A DNA stretch of 64,000 nucleotides, from the NCBI GenBank assembly GCA_026982355.1, contig JALSHG010000012.1, positions 30,579-94,578 on the forward strand, given 5' to 3'. The stretch's first letter is position 1, and the number at the start of each line of letters is the position of its first letter. Below, piece by piece: positions 8,261 to 17,451 of the stretch. Origin of the DNA: Thermodesulfovibrio sp. GTDB taxonomy: Bacteria; Nitrospirota; Thermodesulfovibrionia; UBA6902. A model generated the notes under the pieces. That model was not told the DNA's origin. It worked only from the letters and a program-made list of their open reading frames with translations, and did no database searches. Position numbers and translations under genes: made by a program.

Positions 8261-10525
8261 CTAAGCCTTGAGAGCCGGCTGAAGGTTTTCCGCTTCCCGG
8301 AGTTCTTCCCTGTAGCCGCACTCCTTTTTTATACATGCGATATACTCGCCTTTTTTCGTCCGCTTTTCGACCAGGATGGCGGCTCCGCATTCCGGGCAGG
8401 TCCTGTCCACCGGCCTGTACCATATGGCGAATTTACACGCGGGATAATTCCCGCAACTGAAAAACACCTTGCCCCTTTTGGTTCTCCTCTCCACTATCTC
8501 ACCGCCGTCTTCAGGACACCTGACGCCGATGCCTATAGCCTTCGTCGTCTTGCATTCGGGATATTTACTGCAGGCGAGAAACCTGCCGAACTTGCCGGAT
8601 TTCAACACCATGGGGGAGCCGCATTTTTCACATTTCTCGTCCGTCTCCTGCGCATCCGCGGCCTTTGCCCGGCCGTCGCCGTTCCGGTTTTCAAAAGGCA
8701 TGGTGTTTTTGCAGCCGGGATACCCCGTGCAGGCGATAAACCTTCCGTGCCTGCCCCATTTAATGACCATGGGAGAGCCGCATTTTTCACATACGTGCTC
8801 TGTGGGGATGTCCTGCGGCTTTACCTTGCCCTGGATTTTCATGGCCTCTTCAAGGTCATGGTCGAACGGCCTGTAGAAATCCATCACGATATCAACCCAC
8901 CGCAGGCCGCCCTCCTCGATCCTGTCCAGGTTGCTCTCCATCTTTGCGGTGAAGTTGTAATCCATCAGCTCCGGGAATCTCTCGACAAGCAGGTCGCTGA
9001 CGATGATTCCGAGTTCCGTGGGCTTGAACCTGCCCTCGGTTTTCTCGGTATACTTCCTGTCCTGTATCGTTGAGAGAATCGTGGCGTACGTGCTCGGCCG
9101 CCCGATTCCCTTTGCTTCAAGCTCCCTGACGAGGCTTGCCTCTGAAAACCTCGGCGGCGGCTGCGTGAAGTGCTGCTTCGGCGTTATGGCGATCTTCGCC
9201 AGCACATCACCTTCCGATAAGGGGGGCAGCAGTCCTTCATCCTCTCCTCCGTTGTCCCCGCTTTCAGTGTAGAGTTTCATGAACCCCGGGAACTTGACAA
9301 CAGTGCCGGTTGCCCGGAAGGTGTACTTCCCCGCCTCTATATCCACAGAGGTCTGCTCCAGAAGCGCATGGTGCATCTGGCTGGCGACAAAACGGTTCCA
9401 GATGAGTTTGTAAAGGTTGTACTGGTCCCGTGTCAGATACTTCCTCACCGCCGCCGGGGGCCTGAGAAGCGATGTGGGCCTTATTGCCTCGTGCGCATCC
9501 TGTGAAGACTTTTTGCTCTTGTAAACCGGCGGTTTCTGGGGGAGATACTCCCTGCCGAACTCACCCCTTATCAGTGCCCGCGCCTCCTGCTGCGCTTCAG
9601 CGGAGACCCTCACGGAGTCGGTTCTCATATAGGTTATAAGCCCCGTCGAGCCCTCATCGCCGAGTTCTATCCCTTCATAGAGCTGCTGGGCAACGAGCAT
9701 TGTTTTCTTGGCCGTGAACCTGAGCTTTCTTGACGCCTCCTGCTGAAGGGTGCTCGTAATAAACGGCGGGGCGGGGGAACGCCTCCTCTTCTTTTTCTCT
9801 ATCTTTTTTACAATAAAACTTTTGCCCTCTGTATCCTCCACTATCCTGGCGGCTTCGGATTCATTTTTAACCTCGGCCTTTTTCCCGTTTATGTGAAAGA
9901 GCCTTGCGTCAAACGGGGGCGGCTCCTTGCCCTGCAGCGTCGCCGTGATGCTCCAGTACTCCTCTGGCCTGAAGGCCTGGATCTCGCGTTCCCTGTCCAC
10001 GACAAGCCTCAGCGCCACGGACTGGACCCTCCCGGCGCTGAGACCGCGGCGGACCTTGCGCCACAGCAGCGGCGAGAGCTTGTAGCCCACAAGCCTGTCC
10101 AGTATTCTCCTTGCCTGCTGCGCGTCGACGAGATTCATGTTGATCTTCCTCGGATGTCTGATGGCCTCCGTCACAGCCTTTTCGGTTATCTCGTTGAACT
10201 CCACCCGGAATATCTTATCCGAGGAAGCGCCGTTTAACTCCTCGGCAATATGCCACGCTATCGCCTCCCCCTCCCTGTCGGGGTCAGGGCCGAGGAAGAC
10301 CCTGTCGGCGTTCCTGGCCGCCTTTTTCAGCTCGTTGAGGACTTTCTCCTTCCCTTCGATCACCACGTAAGTGGGCGAGAGGTTGTTTTCGATATCCACG
10401 CCAAGCTCTTTCCTCGGCAGGTCTTTCACATGCCCGACGGATGCCTTGATGGCGAACTTCTTACCGAGAAACTTCCCGAGGGTCTTCACCTTGGCCGGTG
10501 ACTCAACAATCAAAAGTGACTTCAT
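8261..10525 (-). CDS. topA: DNA topoisomerase I
   Basis: 754 aa; TOPRIM N-terminus MKSLLIVESPAKVKT; several C-terminal C4 zinc ribbons. Confidence 0.95.
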   Translation of the reverse strand: MKSLLIVESPAKVKTLGKFLGKKFAIKASVGHVKDLPRKELGVDIENNLSPTYVVIEGKEKVLNELKKAARNADRVFLGPDPDREGEAIAWHIAEELNGASSDKIFRVEFNEITEKAVTEAIRHPRKINMNLVDAQQARRILDRLVGYKLSPLLWRKVRRGLSAGRVQSVALRLVVDREREIQAFRPEEYWSITATLQGKEPPPFDARLFHINGKKAEVKNESEAARIVEDTEGKSFIVKKIEKKKRRRSPAPPFITSTLQQEASRKLRFTAKKTMLVAQQLYEGIELGDEGSTGLITYMRTDSVRVSAEAQQEARALIRGEFGREYLPQKPPVYKSKKSSQDAHEAIRPTSLLRPPAAVRKYLTRDQYNLYKLIWNRFVASQMHHALLEQTSVDIEAGKYTFRATGTVVKFPGFMKLYTESGDNGGEDEGLLPPLSEGDVLAKIAITPKQHFTQPPPRFSEASLVRELEAKGIGRPSTYATILSTIQDRKYTEKTEGRFKPTELGIIVSDLLVERFPELMDYNFTAKMESNLDRIEEGGLRWVDIVMDFYRPFDHDLEEAMKIQGKVKPQDIPTEHVCEKCGSPMVIKWGRHGRFIACTGYPGCKNTMPFENRNGDGRAKAADAQETDEKCEKCGSPMVLKSGKFGRFLACSKYPECKTTKAIGIGVRCPEDGGEIVERRTKRGKVFFSCGNYPACKFAIWYRPVDRTCPECGAAILVEKRTKKGEYIACIKKECGYREELREAENLQPALKA

Positions 10526-10725
10526 CTGAAGCTGCTCCTTGTAAATCCCCCTTGCCCTTTGATAGAGACAAGGGGGGGGACTGCCGGTTTATCCTGACTG
10601 TCTCAACGGTTAATTTTATCGGCGCTCTTCCGCCAAACCTTTATCATTACCTTACACTGGCATAAAAATACGCCTGCGCGGGGCAGGGGAGTGCGGCGGA
10701 GGTTTTAAGGCGGTCTCTCCTGCCT

Positions 10726-10748
10726 GTTTATGCAACATCAAGGTTTAG
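10726..10748. repeat. Half copy (GTTTATGCAACATCAAGGTTTAG)
   Basis: topA upstream region; extended similarity to the core (GGCAGGAGAGACCGCC) on the other strand. Confidence 0.65.
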
Positions 10749-10752
10749 TCCC

Positions 10753-11850
10753 TCAATTGAGGGAGAAATGTTTTCCCTCTGTCTGTCTGACGATTCCCTT
10801 CAGTTCAAGACCCAGCAGTATCGACAGTGCCTTGGCGGTTGAAGTGTCGGTCTCCCTGGTGATCGAATCTATGTGTTTGGGTCCTGTGCTCAGATAACTG
10901 CAAAGCGCCTTCTCATCTTCCGTCATAGCGGACAATATCTCTTCATCGTTCAGCCTGTCTTCCCTGAGGATGCCCTTTATCTGCGGCTCCAGTTCATCAA
11001 TGACATCTTCAGCGCTTTCAACAAGCCTCGCTCCCTTCCTGATAAGATCATTGGTGCCGCGGGAATTTCTCGAAGTAACGTTGCCGGGCACTGCAAAGAC
11101 CTCCCTGCCCTGTTCGAGGGCATATGCTACTGTAATGAGAGAGCCGCTGTCAAGAGTGGCCTCTACGACGATGACGCCCAGGGACAGGGCGCTGATGATC
11201 CGGTTTCTCCTCGGAAAGTTTTCTTTGTTCGGCAGGGTTCCGAGAGGAAACTCGCTTATAACCGCCCCTGAGCCGGCAACGGCGTTCATCAGTCCCCTGT
11301 TGGACGGCGGGTACGGCACATCAAGCCCCGAACCCATAACCGCGACGGTTCTGCCGCCCGCTTTCAACGCCCCTCTGTGGGAGGCGGTATCTATACCCCT
11401 TGCCATTCCGCTTACAACCGTCAGCCCCTTCGAGGCCAGCCTGTAACTTATCCTTTCAGCCACCTCAATGCCGTAAGCGGTAGCCCTTCTTGAACCTACT
11501 ACGGAGACGGCATATTTGTCAACATCCCGGAAATCCCCCTTCATATAAAGCACAAGGGGGGCGTCCTGCACAGCCCTGAGCGGTGCGGGATACCCGTCGT
11601 CATTAATGGTGAGCACCGTCATACGGCGTTCAGCGATATTGCCGGCCTCCCTGCGGACTGCCTCCCACCTGTTGAAGCCGGTGATGCTCCGTGCCCTGTG
11701 CTCACCGACACCCTCGATCTTACGGAGCTCTTCAAAAGACATGCGGAAGATGTTCCCGGGACCGCCGCAGGCCGACAGCAGCCTGCGCGCGGTTACAGGG
11801 CCTATATCGGTCAGGAAATTAAGGGCAAGCCAGTAATGTAAGTCGTCCAT
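10753..11850 (-). CDS. dprA: DNA processing protein DprA/Smf
   Basis: 365 aa; Rossmann-like DprA core (VVSGMARGIDTASH...), upstream of topA as commonly seen. Confidence 0.9.
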   Translation of the reverse strand: MDDLHYWLALNFLTDIGPVTARRLLSACGGPGNIFRMSFEELRKIEGVGEHRARSITGFNRWEAVRREAGNIAERRMTVLTINDDGYPAPLRAVQDAPLVLYMKGDFRDVDKYAVSVVGSRRATAYGIEVAERISYRLASKGLTVVSGMARGIDTASHRGALKAGGRTVAVMGSGLDVPYPPSNRGLMNAVAGSGAVISEFPLGTLPNKENFPRRNRIISALSLGVIVVEATLDSGSLITVAYALEQGREVFAVPGNVTSRNSRGTNDLIRKGARLVESAEDVIDELEPQIKGILREDRLNDEEILSAMTEDEKALCSYLSTGPKHIDSITRETDTSTAKALSILLGLELKGIVRQTEGKHFSLN

Positions 11851-11852
11851 AA

Positions 11853-13049
11853 TTATCTTGAACCCGGTCCGTGCAGTTTCAGCCTCAGGGCATTCAGCCT
11901 GATAAATCCTTCCGCATCCTTCTGGTCATAAACGTCTTCGGCCCCGAATGTTGCAAGCTCACGGCTGTAGAGGGATTCCGGGGCCTTTCTCCCCGCCACC
12001 GTGCAGTTGCCCCTGTAAAGCTTCAGCCTTGCAGTGCCTGTCACGTTTCCCTGCGCCCGGTCCATGAGGCACTGCAGCGCCTCTCTTTCAGGGGAAAACC
12101 AGAAGCCGTTATAAACAAGCGCCGAGTATTCCGGCACAAGGGAGTCCCTCAGGTGCATAAGCTCCCTGTCGAGGGTGACGGACTCGACCGCCCTGTGGGC
12201 GATATGCAGTACGGTACCGCCGGGTGTTTCATAGACCCCCCTGGACTTTATGCCGACAAACCGGTTCTCGACGACATCCAGCCTGCCTATGCCGTGCGCG
12301 CCCGCGACGGCGTTGAGCTCTTTCAGGAGAGCGGCGGGAGACAGCCTCTTTCCGTTAATCGAAACCGGGTCGCCCTTTTCATATCCGATCTCCAGGTACA
12401 CGGCTTCCCGGGGGGCGTTTTCCGGTGACACCGTCATTGTAAACATGTCTTCAGGGGGCTCCGCCCATGGGTCTTCCAGTATTCCCCCTTCGTAGCTTAT
12501 ATGAAAGAGGTTCATGTCCGTGCTGTAGGGTTTCTCACGGGTCACCGGGACGGGGATGCCGTGTTTCTTTGCATAGTCTATCAGTGACTCCCTCGAGTTG
12601 AACTCCCATTCCCTCCACGGCGCGATTACCTTTATGCCGGGGTTCAGGGCATAGTAGGCAAGCTCGAACCTCACCTGGTCGTTCCCCTTGCCCGTGGCGC
12701 CGTGCGAGACCGCATCCGCCTTTTCCCTCTCCGCTATCTCTATCTGTTTTTTTGCTATGAGCGGCCTTGCTATGGACGTGCCCATGAGGTAGGCCCCTTC
12801 ATAAACCGCATTCGCCCTCAGCATGGGGAACACGTAATCCTTCACGAACTCTTCCCTGAGGTTCAGCACATAGACCTTCGATGCACCTGTCTTCAGGGCC
12901 TTTTCCCTGACCGCATCCATGTCTTCTTCCTGCCCGAGGTCGGCGCAGTAGGCTATGACCTCGCAGCCGTAGGTCTCCTTCAGCCATTTAATGGCGACAG
13001 ATGTATCAAGCCCCCCGGAATATGCGAGCACTGCTTTTTTAATCTTCAT
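11853..13049 (-). CDS. argG: Argininosuccinate synthase
   Basis: 398 aa; [11 protein letters not shown]-loop motif at N-terminus. Confidence 0.95.
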   Translation of the reverse strand: MKIKKAVLAYSGGLDTSVAIKWLKETYGCEVIAYCADLGQEEDMDAVREKALKTGASKVYVLNLREEFVKDYVFPMLRANAVYEGAYLMGTSIARPLIAKKQIEIAEREKADAVSHGATGKGNDQVRFELAYYALNPGIKVIAPWREWEFNSRESLIDYAKKHGIPVPVTREKPYSTDMNLFHISYEGGILEDPWAEPPEDMFTMTVSPENAPREAVYLEIGYEKGDPVSINGKRLSPAALLKELNAVAGAHGIGRLDVVENRFVGIKSRGVYETPGGTVLHIAHRAVESVTLDRELMHLRDSLVPEYSALVYNGFWFSPEREALQCLMDRAQGNVTGTARLKLYRGNCTVAGRKAPESLYSRELATFGAEDVYDQKDAEGFIRLNALRLKLHGPGSR

Positions 13050-13240
13050 CTCTCATACGTCCCTTTCAGAACCGGCAGTCATGTATTGAAATCAAAGAGG
13101 TTTGCAACGGCGCAGGGCGTATTGCACGCTTCCGCCCGTCAAGCCGGATTTATAAACATATCACAAGTGTTTCGGAAATGTAAAACAGGGGGATGATACA
13201 AATCCGGAGATCAACGTTTGAAGGAAGGGGCGGGCCCTCC

Positions 13241-13279
13241 CGCCCGCAGGCGGTGTTTTTATGCAACTGTAAGGTTTAC
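13241..13279. repeat. Half copy (GCAGGCGGTGTTTTTATGCAACTGTAAGGTTTAC), almost identical to the arm at 46903
   Basis: Between argG start and nrdJ stop. Confidence 0.7.
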
Positions 13280-15534
13280 GAGCATTTCGTATATCCGCAG
13301 TCCCTGCAGACGGCGCATCCGCCTTCATGCTCCACAGAGCCGCCGCAGTCAGGACACGCCCCGTAGAACATCACCTTCTCCTTCCGCGGGGGATGAGAAC
13401 CGTTGCCGTTGCTCTTGTTGCCGCGTTCAAGGTACCTCTCTATGGCCTTGGATATGGCGTCGGAACAGGATGCGATCTTGCCTCCGCGTGCCCATGCGGG
13501 GCTGTGGCAGCTTATACCCTTGAGCTGTTTTTCGATCTCGATAGGCTCTATATTGCTCCTCAGCGCAAGGCTTATAAGCCTGCCGATGGCCTCGGACTGG
13601 CTCGCAGCGCAGCCCCCCGCCTTTCCCATCTGCGTGAAGAGCTCAAAGAGGTTGCCGTTCTCATCCTCGTTTATGGTGACATACAGGTTGCCGCAGCCCG
13701 TCTTCATCAACCTCGTCGTACCCTTGATCACCTCGGGTCTCTTTCTCGGGGTTATTTTCTGCACAGGCAGCGCAACGGCGGCATCCTGCCGTTCATCCCG
13801 TGCAGCGGTCCTGCCGGTCGACAGCACCTGGTTCTTCCGGGAGCCGTCCCTGTAAACGGTCACCCCCTTGCATCCCAGGCCGTATGCAAGGAAATATGCG
13901 TCCTCAACGTCCTTGGGGCAGGCGTTGTGAGAAAAATTGACCGTCTTGGAAACCGCATTGTCGACATGCTTCTGAAAGGCCGCCTGCATTCTTATGTGGT
14001 CAAGCGGGGAGATGTCGTGCGCCGTGACGAACACCCTTTTTACGTCCTCCGGCACCTCTTCAACATCCTTCACGCTTCCCTTCCCGGCAATCCTCTCTAT
14101 AAGCTCCTTGCTCCAGAATCCCCTCTCCCTGGCGATTTTTTCGAACAGGGGATTTACCTCGTAGAGTTTTGTGCCTTCAAGGACATTGCGCACGAACGCC
14201 ACTGCAAACAGGGGCTCGATGCCGCTTGAACACCCTGCAATTATCGAAAGTGTGCCGGTCGGGGCGATTGTCGTGGTTGTTGCGTTCCTCAGCCTCATCC
14301 GCCCATTGTAAATGCTCTTTTCATAATTGGGAAAGTCCCCCCTTTCCGCTGCCAGGACAGAGGAGAACTTTTTGCTTTCGGTCTGGATAAAGCCCATCAC
14401 CTCTGTTGCGAGCTTTGAAGCCTCGTCGGAATTATAAGGGATGCCGAGCTTTATCAGCATGTCCGCCCAGCCCATGACGCCGAGGCCTATTTTCCTGTTT
14501 GCCTTTGTGGCCTCTTCTATCTTCTTCAGGGGGTATTTGTTGATGACTATGACATTATCGAGAAAATGCACGGAATTGTGCACGGTCTCCCTGAGAGAGT
14601 CCCAGTCTATGGAGCCGGACGGGCGGACGAATTTCGACAGGTTGATCGATCCCAGGTTGCAGGATTCATACGGCAGGAGCGGCTGTTCGCCGCACGGATT
14701 GGTGCTTTCGATCCGTCCGGCCGAGGGCGTGGGATTGTCGCGGTTTATCCTGTCTATGAAGATAATCCCGGGTTCCCCGTTTTTCCATGCATGGTTCACT
14801 ATCATGTTGAACACCTCTCTGGCCTTCAGCCGGCGTACGGTTTTCCCTGTATGCGGGTTTATCAGGTCGTACTCCTCATCCCTTTCAACGGCCTTCATGA
14901 ACACATCCGTTAATGCAACGGAGAGGTTGAAATTGTTGAGTCTGGCGTTGTTTTCCTTTGCGGATATGAAATCGAGAATATCAGGGTGGTCCACACGCAG
15001 TATGCCCATGTTCGCTCCCCTTCGCGTTCCGCCCTGTTTTATGGCCTCGGTGGCCGCATCAAAGACCGTCATGAATGAGATCGGGCCTGAAGAGACACCT
15101 TTGGTCGAGCCCACGATGTCGCCCTTCGGCCTGAGACTGGAGAATGAAAAACCCGTACCCCCGCCGGACTTGTGTATGAGGGCCGCGTGTTTCACTGCCC
15201 CGAAAATGGACTCCATGGAGTCTTCCACAGGGAGGACGAAACATGCGGAGAGCTGCCCCAGCCTCCTTCCCGCATTCATGAGTGTGGGGCTGTTGGGCAG
15301 GAACCTCAATGAGGTCATGAGATTGTAAAACTTTTCCTCGATGTACCCGACCTCGGCCCCGGACTTGCCGTGGTTCAGTTCCACCTGCGCGACGGACTTG
15401 GCAACGCGCCTGAACATCTCTTCAGGGGTCTCGATTACGGTGCCGTCTTCATCTTTTTTCAGGTATCTCTTCTCAAGAACCTTCAATGCGCTCGGTGTTA
15501 AATCAATCTTTCCCCGTACGGTCTCTGCTTTCAT
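13276..15534 (-). CDS. nrdJ: Adenosylcobalamin-dependent (class II) ribonucleoside-diphosphate/triphosphate reductase
   Basis: 752 aa; class II RNR core; C-terminal CPDCGG...CAVCRDCGYTKCS zinc ribbon. Confidence 0.9.
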   Translation of the reverse strand: MKAETVRGKIDLTPSALKVLEKRYLKKDEDGTVIETPEEMFRRVAKSVAQVELNHGKSGAEVGYIEEKFYNLMTSLRFLPNSPTLMNAGRRLGQLSACFVLPVEDSMESIFGAVKHAALIHKSGGGTGFSFSSLRPKGDIVGSTKGVSSGPISFMTVFDAATEAIKQGGTRRGANMGILRVDHPDILDFISAKENNARLNNFNLSVALTDVFMKAVERDEEYDLINPHTGKTVRRLKAREVFNMIVNHAWKNGEPGIIFIDRINRDNPTPSAGRIESTNPCGEQPLLPYESCNLGSINLSKFVRPSGSIDWDSLRETVHNSVHFLDNVIVINKYPLKKIEEATKANRKIGLGVMGWADMLIKLGIPYNSDEASKLATEVMGFIQTESKKFSSVLAAERGDFPNYEKSIYNGRMRLRNATTTTIAPTGTLSIIAGCSSGIEPLFAVAFVRNVLEGTKLYEVNPLFEKIARERGFWSKELIERIAGKGSVKDVEEVPEDVKRVFVTAHDISPLDHIRMQAAFQKHVDNAVSKTVNFSHNACPKDVEDAYFLAYGLGCKGVTVYRDGSRKNQVLSTGRTAARDERQDAAVALPVQKITPRKRPEVIKGTTRLMKTGCGNLYVTINEDENGNLFELFTQMGKAGGCAASQSEAIGRLISLALRSNIEPIEIEKQLKGISCHSPAWARGGKIASCSDAISKAIERYLERGNKSNGNGSHPPRKEKVMFYGACPDCGGSVEHEGGCAVCRDCGYTKCS

Positions 15535-15569
15535 AAAATAGTCCTCCCTCTCAGTGCAGCTTATCCCGG

Positions 15570-15610
15570 CAGTTGCATAAGGGTATCTCCGCTCCTTTTA
15601 TGCAACGTGC
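15570..15610. repeat. Copy of the element (CAGTTGCATAAGGG...TTTTATGCAACGTGC) in the nrdJ upstream region
   Basis: Inverted GTTGCATAA / TTATGCAAC arms. Confidence 0.7.
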
Positions 15611-15725
15611 AAAATTATATTTGCAGAATTATTAAGCTTATTAAAAGTTTTAATAACCGGTTCCCCCCGCAGCCTGCCGTTCGATTGAACTATCCCCCTC
15701 CATGTAGATGAGATATGAAATTAAA

Positions 15726-15741
15726 CCACAATATATTGTAT
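15726..15741. promoter_or_regulatory. Candidate NrdR box (CCACAATATATTGTAT; perfect 12-bp palindrome ACAATATATTGT) about 195 bp upstream of nrdJ
   Basis: 14/16 match to the NrdR operator consensus acaCwAtATaTwGtgt (from memory); only one box seen, whereas NrdR boxes are usually tandem. Confidence 0.3.
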
Positions 15742-15864
15742 ATGTCAAGCGAAAAGTGAATTTTTCTGAACTTGTTGATTTTAAAGATGTTTTGCTGTGA
15801 AAATCCGGTTAATGAAATGTGGACTAAATCCGGCGCAAAAAAACGCCGGAAAAATTCCCCCGTC

Positions 15865-17100
15865 CTACTTCCCCGCCGGGGATTTCCTCGCCGTAATCAG
15901 GGCGGCGATAATGAGCGGGGCCGCTGTCAGCAGGTAAGGCATATGTATATCCCATGCAAACAGGATGCCGCCGGCCACCGGGCCTGCGGCCTGTCCGAGG
16001 CTGTTGGCCGCGCTTTGCAGGCCGAGCGCGGCGCCGGCGTGCCTGCCGGAGCGCTTGCTCACCAGCGAAGCCAGCCCCGGGTTGAGGGCGGCCATGCCCA
16101 GCGCAAACACCACTACATAAGAAAGGATAATGACCATGCTCTGCGTTGTCATCAGCAGGACCAGTGCAATGCCCATGAGTCCGAAACCGAGTGACAGCAT
16201 GGGCATCTCGCCGACCCTGCCGATGAACCGGCCCACTATCGCGGCCTGCGCCGCGGCCATGATAAATCCGCATACCATAAACACAAGACCCATCTCCGCC
16301 GGCCCGAAATTCATCACCCTCTTTGCATGCAGGGCGAATGTGCCTTCAAACAGGGACAACGCAAAATAACCGAGAAAAGACAGTGCGAGCATATCAAGCA
16401 GTGACCGGCGTACAACCTTCCAGCCCGGGCCGGCGTCCGACAAGCGGTTGCCCATGGCATCTTTTTCATGGGGGCCGCGGCCCGGGAGGGTGATTGATTC
16501 GGGCAGAAAACGCATGCTTGCCAGGAGGGCGACAACCGCAAGCACGGATGCGGAAAAAAACGGTGCGGAAAAACCATTGATGTGGAAAGCGCCGAAACGG
16601 TATCCGGCCCCCCAGTCCAGCCGGGACATATATGCCCCGAGCGCCGGACCGGCGACCACTCCCAGCCCTGTGGCGCTGCCCAGCCAAGCCATTCCCTTGC
16701 CGCGCTCCGCCTCTGAGGTGAGATCTGCAACATAGGCGTTTGCGGTCGGCAGCACGGCTGCCGAGAGAACGCCCCCGAGGATACGGGCCGCATAGAGCAT
16801 GAGCAGGTTCGTCCCCATGCCGAAGAGCGCCATGAACACGGCGTAGCCGCTCAGTCCGATCATGAAAATCGGGCGGCGTCCGAGCCGGTCCGACAACCTG
16901 CCCCAGAGCGGGGCGAAGAAGAACTGCATGAAGGCGAAAATGCCCGTGAGGAGGCCGACGTGAATATACGCCCTTCCTACGGAGGCGCCCCCGGACAGTG
17001 CCAGCCGTTCAATATAAAATGCCAGCACCGGCAGGGTCAGCCCGTAGCCGATCATGACCACGAACAGGCAGAAAAGAAGAATGCCGAGCCTGTTTCTCAT
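15865..17100 (-). CDS. MFS transporter (drug/H+ antiporter-like, 12 TM)
   Basis: 411 aa hydrophobic protein with MFS signature loops (GRLSDRLGRRP). Confidence 0.8.
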   Translation of the reverse strand: MRNRLGILLFCLFVVMIGYGLTLPVLAFYIERLALSGGASVGRAYIHVGLLTGIFAFMQFFFAPLWGRLSDRLGRRPIFMIGLSGYAVFMALFGMGTNLLMLYAARILGGVLSAAVLPTANAYVADLTSEAERGKGMAWLGSATGLGVVAGPALGAYMSRLDWGAGYRFGAFHINGFSAPFFSASVLAVVALLASMRFLPESITLPGRGPHEKDAMGNRLSDAGPGWKVVRRSLLDMLALSFLGYFALSLFEGTFALHAKRVMNFGPAEMGLVFMVCGFIMAAAQAAIVGRFIGRVGEMPMLSLGFGLMGIALVLLMTTQSMVIILSYVVVFALGMAALNPGLASLVSKRSGRHAGAALGLQSAANSLGQAAGPVAGGILFAWDIHMPYLLTAAPLIIAALITARKSPAGK

Positions 17101-17121
17101 TGAATATTACTATACCTGACG

Positions 17122-17169
17122 GATGCATCAAAATACCGCCTGCGGGCGGTATTTTTTGCAACTGCACGG
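17122..17169. repeat. Hairpin-form copy (GATGCATCAAAATACCGCCTGCGGGCGGTATTTTTTGCAACTGCACGG) in MFS/copB divergent region; second partial arm at 17263-17288
   Basis: Near-perfect 19-bp inverted repeat around TGCG loop. Confidence 0.7.
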
Positions 17170-17202
17170 TCAGAGACGTCATAATGTCGCAGGGCACGGT
17201 TT

Positions 17203-17232
17203 GTATTTTGACATGCAGGAAAGATTCATATA
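17203..17232 (+). promoter_or_regulatory. Candidate sigma70-type promoter for copB (TTGACA, 15-17 bp spacer, TATACTAT)
   Basis: Hexamer match by eye only. Confidence 0.25.
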
Positions 17233-17451
17233 CTATGATTTATGTCATTGTCATGTTGTTGAACATTATGCAACCATTACAGTCACGGAAGTCCTTCTTG
17301 AGAACTTGCGGAATTGAAACTTTAAGGATTATCGCGATTAACGAAAGGCGTCTGCCGGCAGGTCATCCCCCGGGCGGATCCAACAAGCCTGCCCGGAGTC
17401 CTCTTGAAAACCGGCCCGTCCCCGGTAATACGGGATTAAGGAGAAACTCAC

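Noticed and set aside
10747-10765. Palindrome GTCCCTCAATTGAGGGAG as dprA terminator
   Set aside because: It overlaps the dprA stop codon and lacks a T-tract. Probably incidental.
15535-15864. Possible cobalamin riboswitch in the 330-bp leader of nrdJ
   Set aside because: No B12-box-like (GCCACTG) element or the usual paired conserved stems could be found by eye. The region is instead occupied by a copy of the dispersed repeat and an NrdR-like palindrome. An Rfam scan would be decisive.
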